A stretch of 64,000 bases of DNA from Mobula birostris (taxonomy: Eukaryota): the NCBI RefSeq assembly GCF_030028105.1, contig NC_092377.1, positions 35,708,782 to 35,772,781 on the forward strand. Direction: 5' to 3'. Position numbers and translations under genes: made by a program. The notes below the pieces were generated by a model. That model worked only from the letters and a program-made list of their open reading frames with translations. It did not search any database and had not been told where the DNA came from. This document shows positions 1 through 14,031 of this stretch, piece after piece. Every line of letters begins with the position of its first letter. Positions within the stretch are counted from its first letter, which is position 1.

Positions 1-865
1 TGTCCTGTCAATTTCTGTAAGATTTCCTCGTACATTGACCTTACAAGTAGAGAGATGAATTAGTGAGACAGATCATGGGTGATTGGTAATCCGGGGGGGG
101 GGGGGGGGGGGGAGAAGAATGGGCAGATTGAGCCAGTTAGAGAAGGGAGAAAAGTGAAGTTGGAGGCAGAGGCAGGAGAATGATAGATGAAGGCAAACAA
201 AATAAAAGGCAGGAGCCAGGTAGGGAGATGAGAGGGTGAAGTTGGAGAATGCTAGGAGGATGATAAGCACAAATACAAAGCTAACAGTGCTGGAATCTGA
301 TAAGTAAGGAAGGTGATATTGGGAACTATTGGGGGAAAGAAGTGAAGGACAGATAAAAGGAAACGTTGATAATTCCCTTCCCATCAACAGATACTGCTCA
401 ATCCAGTGATGTTTTCCAGCAGATTGTTTGTTGCTCCTTATCTATGTGTTACATAGTTATCAGCCCATCAACGTGATCAGTTTTTGTTTAGGCCAACATT
501 AACCTATCCAGTTCAAAGAACCATAGATTTCAAAGGAATAAAGAGGCAGGTTTAGAGAACAGAAACATGGGAGGCCCTACAGGGGTGTAAAATGTTTTAG
601 ATGATATATAACAAGCTATCACAGTGAAGAGAGGGCATGAAATAGCACTGGCAGACAAGATAAAAGAAAATACAAAGCATTTATAAGCATTCTAACTACT
701 GTACCTGGTGCTACTCATGTTTTTGTATTGAAAATCATTTTTGTATTTACTTCCATACAACAAAAAAATACATACACACACAATCATTAATGCCTGTCAC
801 ACAGATTTATATTGTACACTCTGCTCAGGAAACCTCAAAGGAAAGTCTATATTCATGGCCTATAC

Positions 866-1029
866 CTACGATATTCTTTGATACTAAAATTGCTCTTCCA
901 TGCAACCACTGGCAATTCAAATAGTGTTGAGTGTCACTTGAGTAAACAGCTTTCATCAAACCATGAAGTGATGTAACAATTCACCTCAAGCTTTTCATCC
1001 TGATGTACCTTAATGTTTAATTTCCTCAT
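866..1029 (-). pseudogene. Exon relic (164 nt, phase 0 to 2), Ig-like
   Basis: Acceptor aatttgctcag, donor TAG|gtatag. MRKLNIKVHQDEKLEVNCYITSWFDESCLLK*HSTLFELPVVAWKSNFSIKEYR; the Cys followed 14 residues later by TGA fits the Ig B-strand Cys and C-strand Trp. Confidence 0.5.
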
Positions 1030-3289
1030 CTGAGCAAATTTAGAGCAAACTCTTTCATAGATGAATCACCAATCAAATGGCATGTATATTTGTCTTCAAG
1101 TGTAATTGTTTAACATTATTCTAGATAATGTACATGACGCCTTAATATATGTTTTCAAATCACCTGCCTTTCTAGTTTGTTGAAATTCTGTTAGCATTTG
1201 AAACTTTCTAAGCAGCACTACAATAAGATTTCCCATAAATTTATTAATGAATCTAAAATCTTACAAGTTCTAATGCTTCAAAGGTGGCTTTGTGGACTAT
1301 TTTATATATATCTTAGACAACAAGTTCATATACTTTTGAACTTTTTCTTTCACTATTTCCTAACCAATTTTACATGTTGGAATCTCCGCAGTTGTTGAAC
1401 TTAAATAGACTTTACTAGTTGAATGTGCAGCTCCTCCTTCCTGCAACCCAACCCCCTCCCCCATCCTCTCTCTGTTGTGATCGTTGTAGCATTTGGCTGA
1501 TGATGCCATGATCAGGCAATCATGTTTTGTCATTGAACTTTAGCTAAAAGTAGATTGTAACAAAAATTGTAAAGAGAAAGAATTTCAGGATGTACATTGT
1601 ATACATTCCTCTGACATTAAATGTACCTATTGAAACCTATTGTTTTTTTTCTTCTCTGTTCCACCAGAAGCATCTAAAAAAGGGTTGCAAATGGCTTCTG
1701 TAATAGTATTTAAGGTTCTTATTTGCTATTTCACTAAATTTGCTTGTTCTCTCAGACATATTCATCTAAGTTATATGGTTATACAGTATATGGTTATAAG
1801 TTGAAGCAGCATAATTTCAGAAAAATTAGTTCCATTAGTTTTCATCCAAGAAGGACTCTCTTCTTTCAGAGAATTACCGTATAGACATTGGAATTCCCCA
1901 ATCCAGAGAAAGCTGTGGAGACTCTACTTTGAATATACTCAAGTCTGACATGGATTCTTCAATATAAGGAAGTCAAAGATGGGGAACAGGCAGAAAGATG
2001 TAGTTGAGGCCAAAACAAGATCAGCGGATACCTTACTGAGTGGTAAAGCAGGCTTCATCTATTTCTTATGTAAAGCATTTCTCCAGATTACCCCATTATC
2101 TGCTGGGAAGAATAGCATACACGATTCCTTCCTGTGGAAAGTCTGATTTCTTAAAAATTATAACAACTCTTTGCTTGCTGGCAGTAAGTGGTCACCATTT
2201 GTCACCACCAGTTCTCTCTGCCCAATATTCACTTCCATTAAATCCAAGGAAACGGAATATCAGGTATTACAATGGGATAGTTGCAGTGCCATCACTTTTT
2301 TTTTGTTTACACAAAGAGTGGAATGTATGTGGGAAGAGCTGCCAGAACGAAAGGTTGAAGCAGGTACAGTAACAACGTTAAAGAAACAATTGGACAGGTG
2401 CATGGATTGGTCTCTCTCTCTCCCTCTCCCCCCTGCCCCCCTCCCCCCCACCAAATCATTGAATGTTTATTCCCCTCCATAGATGAGGCTCAACTTGCTG
2501 AGTTCCTCCAGTATTTTGGATTTCTGGATTTCCAGCGTCTGCAGAATTTTGTGTTTTAGATGGGCCATATTGGTCAGCGTGGGCAAGTTGAGCTGAAGCA
2601 CCTTTTCTGAGCTGTACAACTCTATTACTCTAGATATTAAAATAAGGAAGATTACAGGCTTCGGACTGATGTCTGGGACAGAAGTGCATCATGTGACCTG
2701 CATTCTTAGAATTGGATGGGAGAGCTGAAAATGTCATTGAAATTTTATGATAAATTTTGTCCTCCATTCCCTAAAAGCAGAATCCACAGTGCAGAACGTA
2801 GGAGAAAGCTACAGACAGACAGCCTCAAATTGAAAGGATTTGGGGTGTTGAGAACTGAACTGTCATGAGATGGTCAACCTCTGACCTACACCTGCAGTCA
2901 CTGATGTGGTGAACAGTTGCTGGTAATAGAAAAATGGTTTCTTACTCATGCTTGATCTGATACAATGAGAATTGTTGAGTTGAGAGTTAGTGCTAGAAAT
3001 CCCGTGGCTACTTCTTTCCATTTACACAGCACTATTTCACCACTGGTGGGAGAGGTTTTTCATAGATACTGTGGTAGAAGAGAGCACAACTGCATCCCAC
3101 TGTTTGTTTAAGTAGTCTATGGGATAGTTCCTCCCGTTTACAAAGAGGTTTAACAATTTCTCAGATCCAGACTGCTGATGCACCATATAGTCCAGAAGAT
3201 AGGAAGTGAGAACTTGAGGCTTTGGCTATTGTGGCTTTTTATTTTGTTATTGACCATGAGAATGCACAATCTTGCTATTTGTCAGTAAG

Positions 3290-4340
3290 TCCATAAGAGC
3301 TAATTTAGGTTATTTGGCCCATCGAGTTTGCCTTACCATTCCATCATGGCTGATTTATTATTCCTCTCAACCCCATAATCCTATAGCCTTTGATGCCCTT
3401 ACTAATCAAGAACCTATCAACCTTCTGCTTTAACTATTGAGACTTGGCCTCCACAGCCGTCTGTGGCAACGAATTCCATAGATTCACCACCCTCTTATTA
3501 AAGAAATTCCTCATCTCTGTTCTAAAGGGACAACCCTTTAGTCTGAGGCTGTGCCCCCTGGTCCTCGATTCCTCCACCATAGGAAACATCCTCTTCACAT
3601 CCACTCTATCTAGGTCTTTTAATATTCGATAAAATTAATGAGCTCTTCCCCCCCACCATCATTCTTCTAAACTCCAGTGAGTACAGGACCAGAGCCACCA
3701 AATGCCCCTCATTTGTTAACCCTGTCATACCTGGAATCATTCTCATGAACCTCCTCTAGACCCTCTCCAATGTCAGCACACCTTTTCTTAGATAAGGGGC
3801 CTAAAACCACTCACAATATTCCAAGTGCAGTCAGACCAATGCCTTACAATGCCTTAGTATTACATCTTTCCTCTTATATTCTAACCCTCTCAAAATGAAT
3901 GCTAATATTGCATTTGAACTTCCTTACCACCGATTCCTTAGGTTAACTCTAGTTAGCCAATAGGGAATCCTGTAGAGGACTCCCAAGTATCTTTGCAGCT
4001 CTGATTTTCTTAACTTTCTTCCCATTTATAAAATAGTCTTCACTTTTATTCCTCTGGAAAAGCGCATAACCATACACTGCATACATTATATCCATTCTGC
4101 CACTTTGTCCATTCTCCAAATCCAAGTCCTTCTGCAGACTCTCTGCATCCACAACACCACCTGCCTCTCCACCTAATCTCCATATCGTCTGCAAACTTGG
4201 CCAAAAAGCCATTAATTCTGTCATCCTAGTCACTGATGTATAGCATGCAAAGGACCAGTCCCAACACCAACCCCTGCAGAACACACTAGTCACCGGTAGG
4301 CAACCAGAAAAGGCCTCGTTTATTCCCAATCTTTGCCTCC
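3290..4340 (-). mobile_element. CR1 LINE 3' fragment (RT C-terminal region plus 3' UTR), decayed
   Basis: Minus-strand GINEAFSGCLPVTS and ESLQKDL segments plus the RGHSL-type 3' region shared with other CR1 copies in the window. Confidence 0.85.
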
Positions 4341-4648
4341 TGCAAATAATTCCCAATCAAGTCTACAAATGCAAAAACTAATGAAACTCACAACAGAAAT
4401 TAATTTGAAAATGATTAGAAAAACACCATTGCATCATAAATAACTTATGTAAACAGTGCAGAAATGCTGAACCTCCAAGCTTACATACTTGATTATCTAT
4501 TAAGTCCAAACTAGCTGGGTACTTGCTGGTCACATAGATAACCACCAACTTTGGTCAAAATGAGCTTTATCTTTTTTTTCAGGCACTGGGTGGATTAGAA
4601 AGGTGAATTAGTTTGAATGTAATCTATACCATTCCCTCCACTATTTAC

Positions 4649-4678
4649 CTCACCACCATCACAGACACATCCATTAAA
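4649..4678 (-). pseudogene. Possible 30-nt exon relic
   Basis: Acceptor catttttctcag, donor GAG|gtaaat. FNGCVCDGGE (C-x-C-x-x-G, EGF-like tail); phase 0 fits the next exon. Short enough to be chance. Confidence 0.35.
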
Positions 4679-4705
4679 CTGAGAAAAATGTATTTATAAA
4701 TGTAC

Positions 4706-6405
4706 CTCTGGCAGGGTTTGCAAGACATTGCTTCCTACAAAGTGAAACCCAATAGCGTGAATGGCAGCAATGATTCACTACCAGATGAACTCAGTGCCTT
4801 CTATGAAAGGGCTGCAAAGATTCCTGCTGCACCCTGTGATCTCTGTCTTGGAGGCCAATGTTAGGCTGTCTTTAAAGAGGGTGAACCCTCGCAAGGCAGA
4901 AGGCTCCAGAGTACCCGGTAAGGCTCTGAAAACTCGTGTCAATCAACTCACAGGAGTATTCAAGGGCATTTTCAACCTCTCACTGCTACAGGAAGTTCCC
5001 ACTTGCTTCAAAAGAGCAACAATTATACCAGTGCATAAGAAGATTAATGTGAGCTGCTTCAATGACTATTGCACAGTAGCGCTCACATATACAGTGATGA
5101 AATACTTGAGATATTGGTCATGACTAGACTGAACTCTTGCCTCAGCAAGGATCTGGACCCACTGCAATTTGCTTATTGCCACAATAGGTCAATTGCAGAC
5201 ACAATCTCAATGGCTCTTCACGTGGCTTTAGAACATCTAGACAATACAAACACCTATGTCAGGATGCTGTTCATCGACTATAGCTCAGCATTTAACACCA
5301 TCATTCTCACAATCCTGAATGAGAAGTTACAGAACCCAGGCCTCTGTATCTCCCTCTGCAATTGGATCCTTGTCTTCCTAACCAGAAGACCACAATCTGT
5401 GTGGATTGGTGATAATATCTTCTCCTCGTTGACAATCAACACTGGTGCACCTCAGGGGTGTGTGCTCAGCCCACTGCTCTATTCTCACTATACCCATGAC
5501 CGTGTGGCTAGGCATAGATCAAATACCATCTATGAATTTGCTGATGATACAACCACTGTTGGTAGAATCTCAGGTGGTGAGCAGGGGGCGTACAGAAGTA
5601 AGATTTGCCAACTAGTGGAGTGGTGTCGCAGCAACAACCTAGCACTCAATGTCAGTAAGACGAAAGAGCTGATTGCGGACTTCAGGAAGGGTAAGATGAA
5701 GGAACACATGCCAATCCTCATAGAGGGATCAGAAGTGAAGAGAGGAAGCAGTTTCAAGTCTCTGGGTGTCAAGATCTCTGAGAATCTTACCTGGTCCCAT
5801 CATATCAACGCAGCCATAAAAAAGGCAAGACAGCAACTATACTTCATTAGGAGTTTGAAGTAATTTGGTATGTCAACAAATACATTTAAAAACTTCTATA
5901 GATGTACTATAGAGAGCATTCTGACAGGCTGCATCACTGTCTGGTGGGGGGAGGAGGGGGGGCTACTGCACAGGGCCGAAAGAAGATGCAGAGGGTCATA
6001 GATCTACTCGGCTCCATCTTGGGTACTAGCCTACAAAGTACCCAGGACATCTTCAGGGAGCGGTGTCCCAGAAAGGCAGCATCCATTATTAAGGACACCC
6101 AGCACCCAAGGCATACCCTTTTCTCACTGATACCACCAGGCAGGAGGTACAGAAGCCTGAAGACACACACTCAGCAATTCAGGAACAACTTCTTCCCCTC
6201 TGCCATCCGATTCCTAAATGGACATTGAACCCGTGAATGCAACCTTACTTTTTTTTAAATACGCCTTATTTCTGTTTTTGCACAATTTTTAATCTATTCA
6301 ATATACATATACAGTAATTGATTTTTTTCTTCTTCTTCTATATTATGTATTGCATTGAACTGCTGCTGCTAAGTTAACAAATTTCATGGCATATGACTGA
6401 TTCTG
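4706..6405 (+). mobile_element. Rex1/Babar-type LINE, 5'-truncated (RT plus C-terminal region and CTGATT tail)
   Basis: ORF 5069..5863: LDPLQFAY, RMLFIDYSSAFNTI, GAPQGCVLSPLLY, FADDTTTVG, LNVSKTKELI, KKARQQLYFIRSL. Confidence 0.9.
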
Positions 6406-6546
6406 AGGTTAAATCCACCATGAATTCAAACGAACAGAAGATAAAGCACTTACAATAATTAATATAACATTACATTAAAAATTAACTTCTCAATAATACC
6501 ATAATACCACTCCCTCCGCACTAATCCTAACCTTACTAGAAAATCC

Positions 6547-8681
6547 ACTGATAAAGGGGGTGCTGTTGTAGTCTGGCGTACTGACCTCTACCTTGCCGAG
6601 GCACAGCGACAACTCACGGATACCTCTTCTTATCTACCCTTTGATTGTGACCCCACTAAGGAGCACCAGTCCATTGTCTCCCACACCATCACCGACTTTC
6701 TCCGCTCAGGGGATCTCCCATCCACTGCTACCAACCTAATAGTTCCCACACCCTGCACTTCCCGTTTCTACCTCCTACCCAAGATCCACAAATCTGCCTG
6801 TCCTGGTAGACTGATTGTCTCAGCTTGCTCCTGCCCCACCGAACTCATTTCTGCATACCTCGGCACTCTTCCTACCTATGTTCATGACACTTCTCACGCT
6901 CTGAAACTTTTCGATGATTTTAAGTTCCCTGGCCCCCATCGCTTTATTTTCATCATGGAAGCCCAGTCCCTATATACTTCCATCCCCCATCAGGAAGGTC
7001 TCAAAGCTTTCTGCTTCTTTTTGGATTCCAGACCTAACCAGTTCCCCTCTACCACCACTCTGCTCCGTCTACCGGAATTAGTCCTTACTCTTAATAATTT
7101 CTCTTTTGGCTTCTCCCACTTCCTCCAAACTAAAGGTGTAGCTATGGGCACCCATATGGGTCCTAGCTATGCCTGCCTTTTTGCTGGCTTTGTGGAACAA
7201 TCTATTTTCCAAACCTATTCTGGTATCTGTCCCCCACTTTTCCTTCGCTACATCGATGACTGCATTGGAACTGCTTCTTGCACACATGCTGAGCTCGTTG
7301 ACTTCATTAACTTTGCCTCCAACTTTCACCCTGCCCTCAAGTTTACCTGGTCCATTTTCAACACCTCCCCCTGCCCGTTCTAGATCCTTCTGTCTCTATC
7401 TCTGGAGACAGCTTATCTACTGATGTCTACTATAAGCCTACTGACTCTCACAGCTATCTGGACTATTCCTCTTCTCACCCTGTCTCTTGCAAAATGCCAT
7501 CCCCTTCTAGCAATTCCTCCGTCTCCGCCGCATCTGCTCTCAGGATGAGGCTTTTCATTCTAGGACGAGGGCGATGTCCTCCTTTTTTAAAGAAAGGGCC
7601 TTCCCTTCCTCCACCACCAACTCTGCTCTCAAACGCATCTCCCCCATTTCACGCACGTCTGCTCTCACTCCATCCTCCCGCCACCCCACTAGGAATAGGG
7701 TTCCCCTTGGTCCTCACCTACCACCCTACCAGCCTACGGGTCCAACATATAATTCTCCGTAACTTCCGCCACCTCCAATGGGATCCCACCACTAAGCACA
7801 TCTTCCCCTCCCCCTACGCGACTCCCTTGTCCATTCATCCTCCCCATCCCTCCCCACCGATCTCCCTCCTGGCACTTATCCTTGTAAGCCGAACAAGTGC
7901 TACACATGCCCTTACACTTCCTCCCTCACTACCATTCAGGGCCCCAGACAGTCCTTCCAGGTGAGGCGACACTTCACTTGTGAGTCGGCTGGGGTGATAT
8001 ACTGCGTCCGGTGCTCCCGATGCAGCCTTCTATACATTGGCGAGACCCGACGCAGACTGGGAGATTGTTTCGCTGAACACCTACACTCTGTCCGCCAGAG
8101 AAAGCAGGATCTCCCAGTGGCCACACGTTTTAATTCCACGTCCCATTCACATTCTGATACATCTATCCACGGCCTCCTCTACTGTAAAGATGAAGCCACA
8201 CACAGGTTGGAGGAACAACACCTTATACTCCGTCTGGGTAGCCTTCAACCTGATGGCATGAACATTGACTTCTCGAACTTCCGCTAATGCCCCACCTCCC
8301 CCTCGTACCCCATCCGTTATTTATTTTTATACATACATTCTTTTTCTCTCTCTCCTTTTTCTCCCTCTGTCCCTCTCACTATACCCCTTGCCCATCCTCT
8401 GGGCTTCCCCCCTCCACCTTTCTTTCTCCCTGGGCCTCCTGTCCCATGATCCTCTCATATCCCTTTTGCCAATCACCTGTCCAGCTCTTGGCTCCATCCC
8501 TCCCCCTCCTGTCTTCTCCTATCATTTTGGATCTCCCCCTCCCCCTCCCACTACCAAATCTCTTACTAGCTCTTCTTTCAGTTAGTTCTGACGAAGGGTC
8601 TTGGCCCGAAACGTCGATTGTACCTCTTCCTAGAGATGCTACCTGGCCTGCTGCATTCACCAGCAACTTTTATGTGTGTTG
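6547..8681 (+). mobile_element. Penelope-like element, 5'-truncated (RT plus GIY-YIG endonuclease plus pLTR)
   Basis: DKGGAVVVW, YLLPKIHK, SLYTSIP, GVAMGTHMGPSYA and RYIDD in the RT. VIYCVRCSRCSLLYIGETRRRLGDCFAEH is GIY-YIG. The pyrimidine-rich pLTR carries a hammerhead motif. Confidence 0.95.
8578..8622 (+). ncRNA. Minimal type I hammerhead ribozyme motif in the PLE pLTR
   Basis: CTGACGA at 8588, stem II (gggtc-ttg-gccc), GAAA at 8608, then CGTC and GATTG complementary to the upstream CAGTT. Confidence 0.65.
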
Positions 8682-9111
8682 CCCCATAACAATTGTATTG
8701 TCTTATGAAAAACAGATTTTATTTTGCTCTCAAGATCATCAAATTTAGTGACTAAATAGGTGGAAGAACTGAATCTCTCCTGACAGGCAGCTATTTCACA
8801 AACCTACAACTGTATCAGCTTTTATAACTACCCTCCCTACCGACGAAGGTATGTAAGCCGTATGCCTTCTTTACTACTTGTTTTTCAACCTTCAGTGAGC
8901 TATGGACTTGTATCCTAAATTGCATCTGTGCATCAATGATCCTCAGAGTCCCGCCATTTCCTCTTCCTCTTGGTGTTTGGCCTCTCAAGGAGCAGCTTCT
9001 CATCTTCACCTTGATAAAACTCTGTCTGCCATTTCTCCAGTCAAACTTCCAACTGGTCTATAGTCTGTTGAATCCTTTGGCAGCCTTCCTCAGTATCCAT
9101 GACTCCACCAA

Positions 9112-9850
9112 TTCAGAATTGGAATCAGGTTTAATATCACCTGTATATGTCATGAAATTTGTTGTCTCTGTGGCAGCAGTACAACTCAATACATATTAAT
9201 ATAAAGTAACTGAAGTACAGCAAGTATAATATATAATAGTTAAATTAAGTAGTGCAACTATAGAAAATAAAAAAAGTAGTGAGGTAGTATTCATGGTTTT
9301 GATGTCCATTCAGAAATTGGAATGCAGAGGTGAAGAAGCTGTTCCTGAATCACTGAGTGTGTAAATTCAGGCTTTTGTACCTCCTTCCAAATGGTAGCAC
9401 TGAGAACAAGGCATGAGCTGGGCTGGGTTATGGGTGTCCATAATAATAGACCTTTTTGAGGCATCACTTCTTGAAGATGTCCTGCATACTATGGAGGTTA
9501 GTACCCATGAAGCTGACTAAGCTTACAACTCTCTGTATCTTATTTTGTTCCTGTGCCGTAGCAACCCCCCCACGCCCCCCACCCCCACACACCAGATGGC
9601 GACGCAGCCAGTTAAAATGCACTCCATGGTATATCTGTAGAAAATTGAGAGGGTCTTTGGTGACATCCCAAATCTCCTCAAACTCTTCATGAAATATAGC
9701 TGCTGTTGTGCCTTCTTTGTAGCTGGGTCCAGGTTAGATCCTCAGATATTGTAATTGCTCATTCTTTCCACTTCTGATCCCTGCTATGAAGACTGGTGTA
9801 CGTTCCCTCATCTTACCCTTTCTGAAGTCCACCATCACTCCACAATTTTT
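9112..9850 (-). mobile_element. Rex1/Babar LINE 3' fragment
   Basis: Reverse complement matches the 3' part and CTGATT-type tail of the 4706-6405 element. Confidence 0.75.
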
Positions 9851-9872
9851 GTATTGTCTGTAAACCTATTAA

Positions 9873-12800
9873 TTGACCAGGATTCTGAAAGAGGTAGCTG
9901 AAGAGATTGTGAAGGCATCAGTAATGATCTTTCAAGAATTATTAGATTCTGGAATGGTTTCAGAGGACTGGAATATTACAATTGTCGCTCCACTCTTTAA
10001 GAGAGGGAGACAAAAGACAGGAAATTATAGGCCTATTAGCCTGACTACAGTGGTTGGTAACATGCTGCAGTCTGTTATTAAGGATGATGTTTCGGGGTAT
10101 TTGGAGGGACAAGACTAAATAGGCCAAAGTCAGCATGGTTTCCTGAAGGGGAAACCTATAAGATGGTGCAGGTGAGACACAGTGATGATTTACTGGCACC
10201 AAGTAAAACTAACTTCTCAATTAATCACACTTTTTATGGGAAATGACTACCACAATCTATAGCCTGTAACTTCACTTTCAGAGCTGAGCTTTTTTTGCAG
10301 TGTGTTCTGAAATCTCAAAGGTGCAGGATGGCTGCGGTGTGGTGTGTATGGGCCGAATTGAGACAGCGGGGGCCAAGCCCAAGAGAAAGGAACTAGTTGA
10401 TGTTTGACTGATATAAGCAGCAGACCAGACTGTAAAGATTGGGTACGGACTGAATAGAGGCAGTAGGGCTCAGGCCCAAGAGTATATTGAAGCAACAGGG
10501 TCTGGTACTGAGAGCGAGGAATGCGCAAAGGTTTGGTGAATTTAAGTGCTGTGCCAGATTGAAAACATCAGGGTGTCGGTGTCGGGGCCGGAGGCAAGGG
10601 CAGGCCTGGTTTCAGCTCGCTGCTTTGCAGGGTTTATTCATCTCTGCGCTGAACTGAGGCTATGTCCTGCAACTAATGAGCTGCAGTGATGAAGTGACTT
10701 CATGACAATAAATTCACTTTTGGCAACTTTAGTTTTCGAGGTTATTTGCTTACTTTCTATTGTATGCACGATTTGTTTTTTTTTCGCACATTGGGTGTTT
10801 GAGCCTTTTTTTTGAATGGGTTCTATTGGATTTCTTTGTTTTGTGGCTGCCTGCAAGGAGACAAATCTCAAGGTTATATATAGTATATATACTTTGATAA
10901 TAAATGTACAGCATAAGACTACAAGATGAAGGAGCAGAATTTGGCCATACGGCCCATCAATTCTGCTCTGACATTTGATCATGGCTGATCCATTTCCCCT
11001 CAACCCCATTCTTCCCATAACCTTTCAGGCCCAGACTTATAAAGAGTCTATCAAGTTCCGCCTTAAATACACCCAATGATCTGGCCTCCACAGCTGCATG
11101 TGGCAATGAATTCCACAGATTCACCACTCTCTGGATAAAAATACTCCTTCTAATCTCCATTCTAAATGGAAGTCCCTCTATGCCAAGGTTGTGCCCTCTG
11201 GTTGTAGACCCCCTCCACTACAGGAAACACCCTGTCCACGTCTACTCTATCTAGGCCTTAATTCTTTTAAATTCCAGTGAGTACAAGCCTTTCACTCCTC
11301 GAATCATTTTCGTAAAACTCTTTTTAACTCTTTCCAATGTCAGCACATTTTTCTCCCACTCAAACTGAAGGGTGAATTCTATCATATTATGATCATTGCC
11401 TCATAAGGGTTCCTTTACCTTAAGCTCCCTAATCAAGTTACACAACACCCAACCCAGAATAGTTGATCCCGTCAGAGGCTCAACCACAAGCTCCTCTAAA
11501 AAGCCATTTTATAGGCATTCTACAAGTTCTCTCTCGGGATCCAAAAATCAGTACCCGCCAGATATTTGCAACCTACCTGCATATGGAAACCCCCATAACT
11601 ATCTGAACATTGCCCTTTTGAGATGCATTTTCTTTCTCCCATTGTAATTTGTAGCCCACATCCTGGTAATGTTCGGAGGCCTGTGTATGACTCCCATCAG
11701 GGTCTTTTTAAACTCTGGAGTTCCTTAACTCTTCCCAGAACAATTCTACATCTTCTCATCCTATGCCACCTCTTTCTAAGGATTTGATTTCACTTTTTAA
11801 TCAGAGCTATCCACCCCCTCTGCCTAACTACCTTTCCTTTGGATATAATGTGTATCCTTGTACTTCGAACTTTGTTGGAATTATTTGAGGAAATAACTGG
11901 CAGGATAGACAATGGGGAGTCAGTGGATGTTGTTTATTTGGATATTCAGAAGGCATTTGACAAGGTGCCACACATGAAGCTACTAAACAAGATAAGAGTC
12001 CATGCTATTTTAGGAAAGATACTAGCATGGATGGAATATTGGCTGGTAGGGAATAAGAGTGGGAATAAAGAGAGCCTTTACTGGATGGCTACCGGTGACT
12101 AATGGTGTTCCACAGGGTTTGGTATAAAGACCGTCTTTTTTTCCCACATTATATGTCAGCGATTTGGATGACAGAATTGATAGCTTTGTGGCCAAATTTG
12201 CAGATGATACAAAGACAGTTGGGGGACAGGTATTGTTGAGGAAGCAAGGAGCTTGCAGAAGGATTTAGATTAGGGCAAAGAAGTGGCAGATGGCATACAG
12301 TGTCAGGAAGTGCATGGTCATACACTTTAGAGGAAGGAGTAAAGGTGTGGACTATTTTCTAAACAGGGATCAAATTCTGAAATCAGAGGTGCATAGAGAC
12401 TTGAGAGCCCTCAAGCAGTTAACTTGCAGGTTGAGTCAGTGGTAAGGAAGGCAAATGCACTCTTAGCGTTAATTTGAGGGGACTAGAATATAAAAGCAAA
12501 GATGTAATATTGGGGTTTTATAAGACATTGGTCACTTTGAGTATTGTGAGCAGTTTCAGGCCCCCTATGTAAGAAAAGATGTGCTGGCATTGGAAAGGGT
12601 CCAGGAGGTTCACGAGAATGATTCTGAGAATGTATGAACAGCATTTGATGATTCTGGGCCTGTACTCAGTGCAGTTTAGAGGATGGGGGGGGGGGGCGGG
12701 GGTGTCTCAGTGAAACCTATTGAATACTGAAAAACCTAGATAGAGTGAATGTAGAGACAATGTTTCCTGTAGTTGTTTCCTGTAGTAGGGAGTGTAGGAC

Positions 12801-13790
12801 TAGGGGGCACAGCCTCAGAATAGAGGGATGTCCCTTTAGAACAGAGGTGAGGGGGAATTTCTTTACACAAAGAGTGGTTACTCCGTGGAAGTCATTGTTA
12901 CTGACAGTTGTGGAGGCCAGTCATTGGTAGATTTGAGGCGGAGGTTGATAGGTTCTTGATTAATGAGGATGTCAAAGGTTAAAGGGAGAAGACAGGAGGA
13001 TATGATTGAGTGGGATAATAAATCAGCCATGATGGAATGGCAGCATGGACTCGATAGGTCAAATGACCTAATTTTGCTCCTATGTCTTATGGACTGAAAA
13101 AAAGGAATCTGAAGTGGCAAACCAAAGGGAGCTGATGAGTAGGTCATTAAGACAAGGGGGAGGAAGACCAAATTTCCTCACCTGTGACTAAAAGGGACAT
13201 ACAGATCTCTGTCCAGACCCCAGAAATCTCCTCTCCTGCTTCCTGGTATGTATTTCATGTGACCCTGCGTACTTATCTACCTTATTTTATTGCCAGTATC
13301 AGCAGCAAAACATACAACCTCTCACTCTTTTCTCTTCCAAAACCAAGTTTGTTTTCTTTCCTATCACTTGCCTTCACCAGGATGTCTGGATTGGAGGAAT
13401 TTAGTTATGGGAGGAGATTGACAAGCTTTGGCTTGTTTTTCCTAGAATGGAGGATGCTGAGGAGTAATCTGATAAAGTATATACAATTATGAGATATACT
13501 GGTAGGAACGTCAAAATCTTTTTACTCCATGGTAACGATGTCAAAAAGCGTTCATAAGAAGTGAGTAAAAAGTTTTAAATTGAGTCTGAAGGGCAAGTAC
13601 AGAATTTCACAGAGAGAGTGGTTGATATTTGAAATATATTGCCAGAGGAGGAGGTTATTAATTATTAAGAAGCATTTATAGGCAAGCTGTGGAAGGATGC
13701 TGTCAAATTTGGGCAAATGAGATTATTGCAGAGAGACAAGAAGTTTAGCATAGAGATGGAAGGCCAAAGGGCCGATTGCTATGGTACATG
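9873..13790. mobile_element. Cluster of CR1 fragments (+ 9873-10155; - 10913-11850; + 11860-13097; + 13370-13790) with a non-autonomous element at about 10290-10905
   Basis: RILKEVAEEI, GNYRPISLT, VDVVYLDIQKAFDKVPH, RTRGHSLRIEG and FIQRVVNLWNSLP motifs. Internal boundaries are approximate. Confidence 0.85.
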
Positions 13791-14031
13791 ACTCCTCTTT
13801 TCTATATTTTGGATTAGTGGCCTGGCACGGCAGACCATAGCACGAAAAGGATTTACCAACAGTTGCAGACTCCATTTGGAATACTGGGTTCGAGAGAAAT
13901 GTACAAGTCAAAGGAAAGCTATCCTTAGTGAACTTCTCAGCCCAATTACTATGATTTTCCTGTGCAAATCTGATATAAGTGAGTTAAAGTTCAAAGATGT
14001 ACTCATGTGCTAAAAAGGCAGATGGAGTGGT

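Noticed and set aside
93-112. G20 run as a functional G-quadruplex
   Set aside because: It is a homopolymer in a low-complexity, probably repeat-derived tract; similar C/G runs recur in many TE copies.
8265-8748. Pro/Ser/Leu-rich ORFs here and at 73-387, 15511-15921, 28111-28906 and 52369-53011
   Set aside because: Low-complexity pyrimidine/purine tracts, mostly PLE pLTR-derived, that lack stops for compositional reasons.
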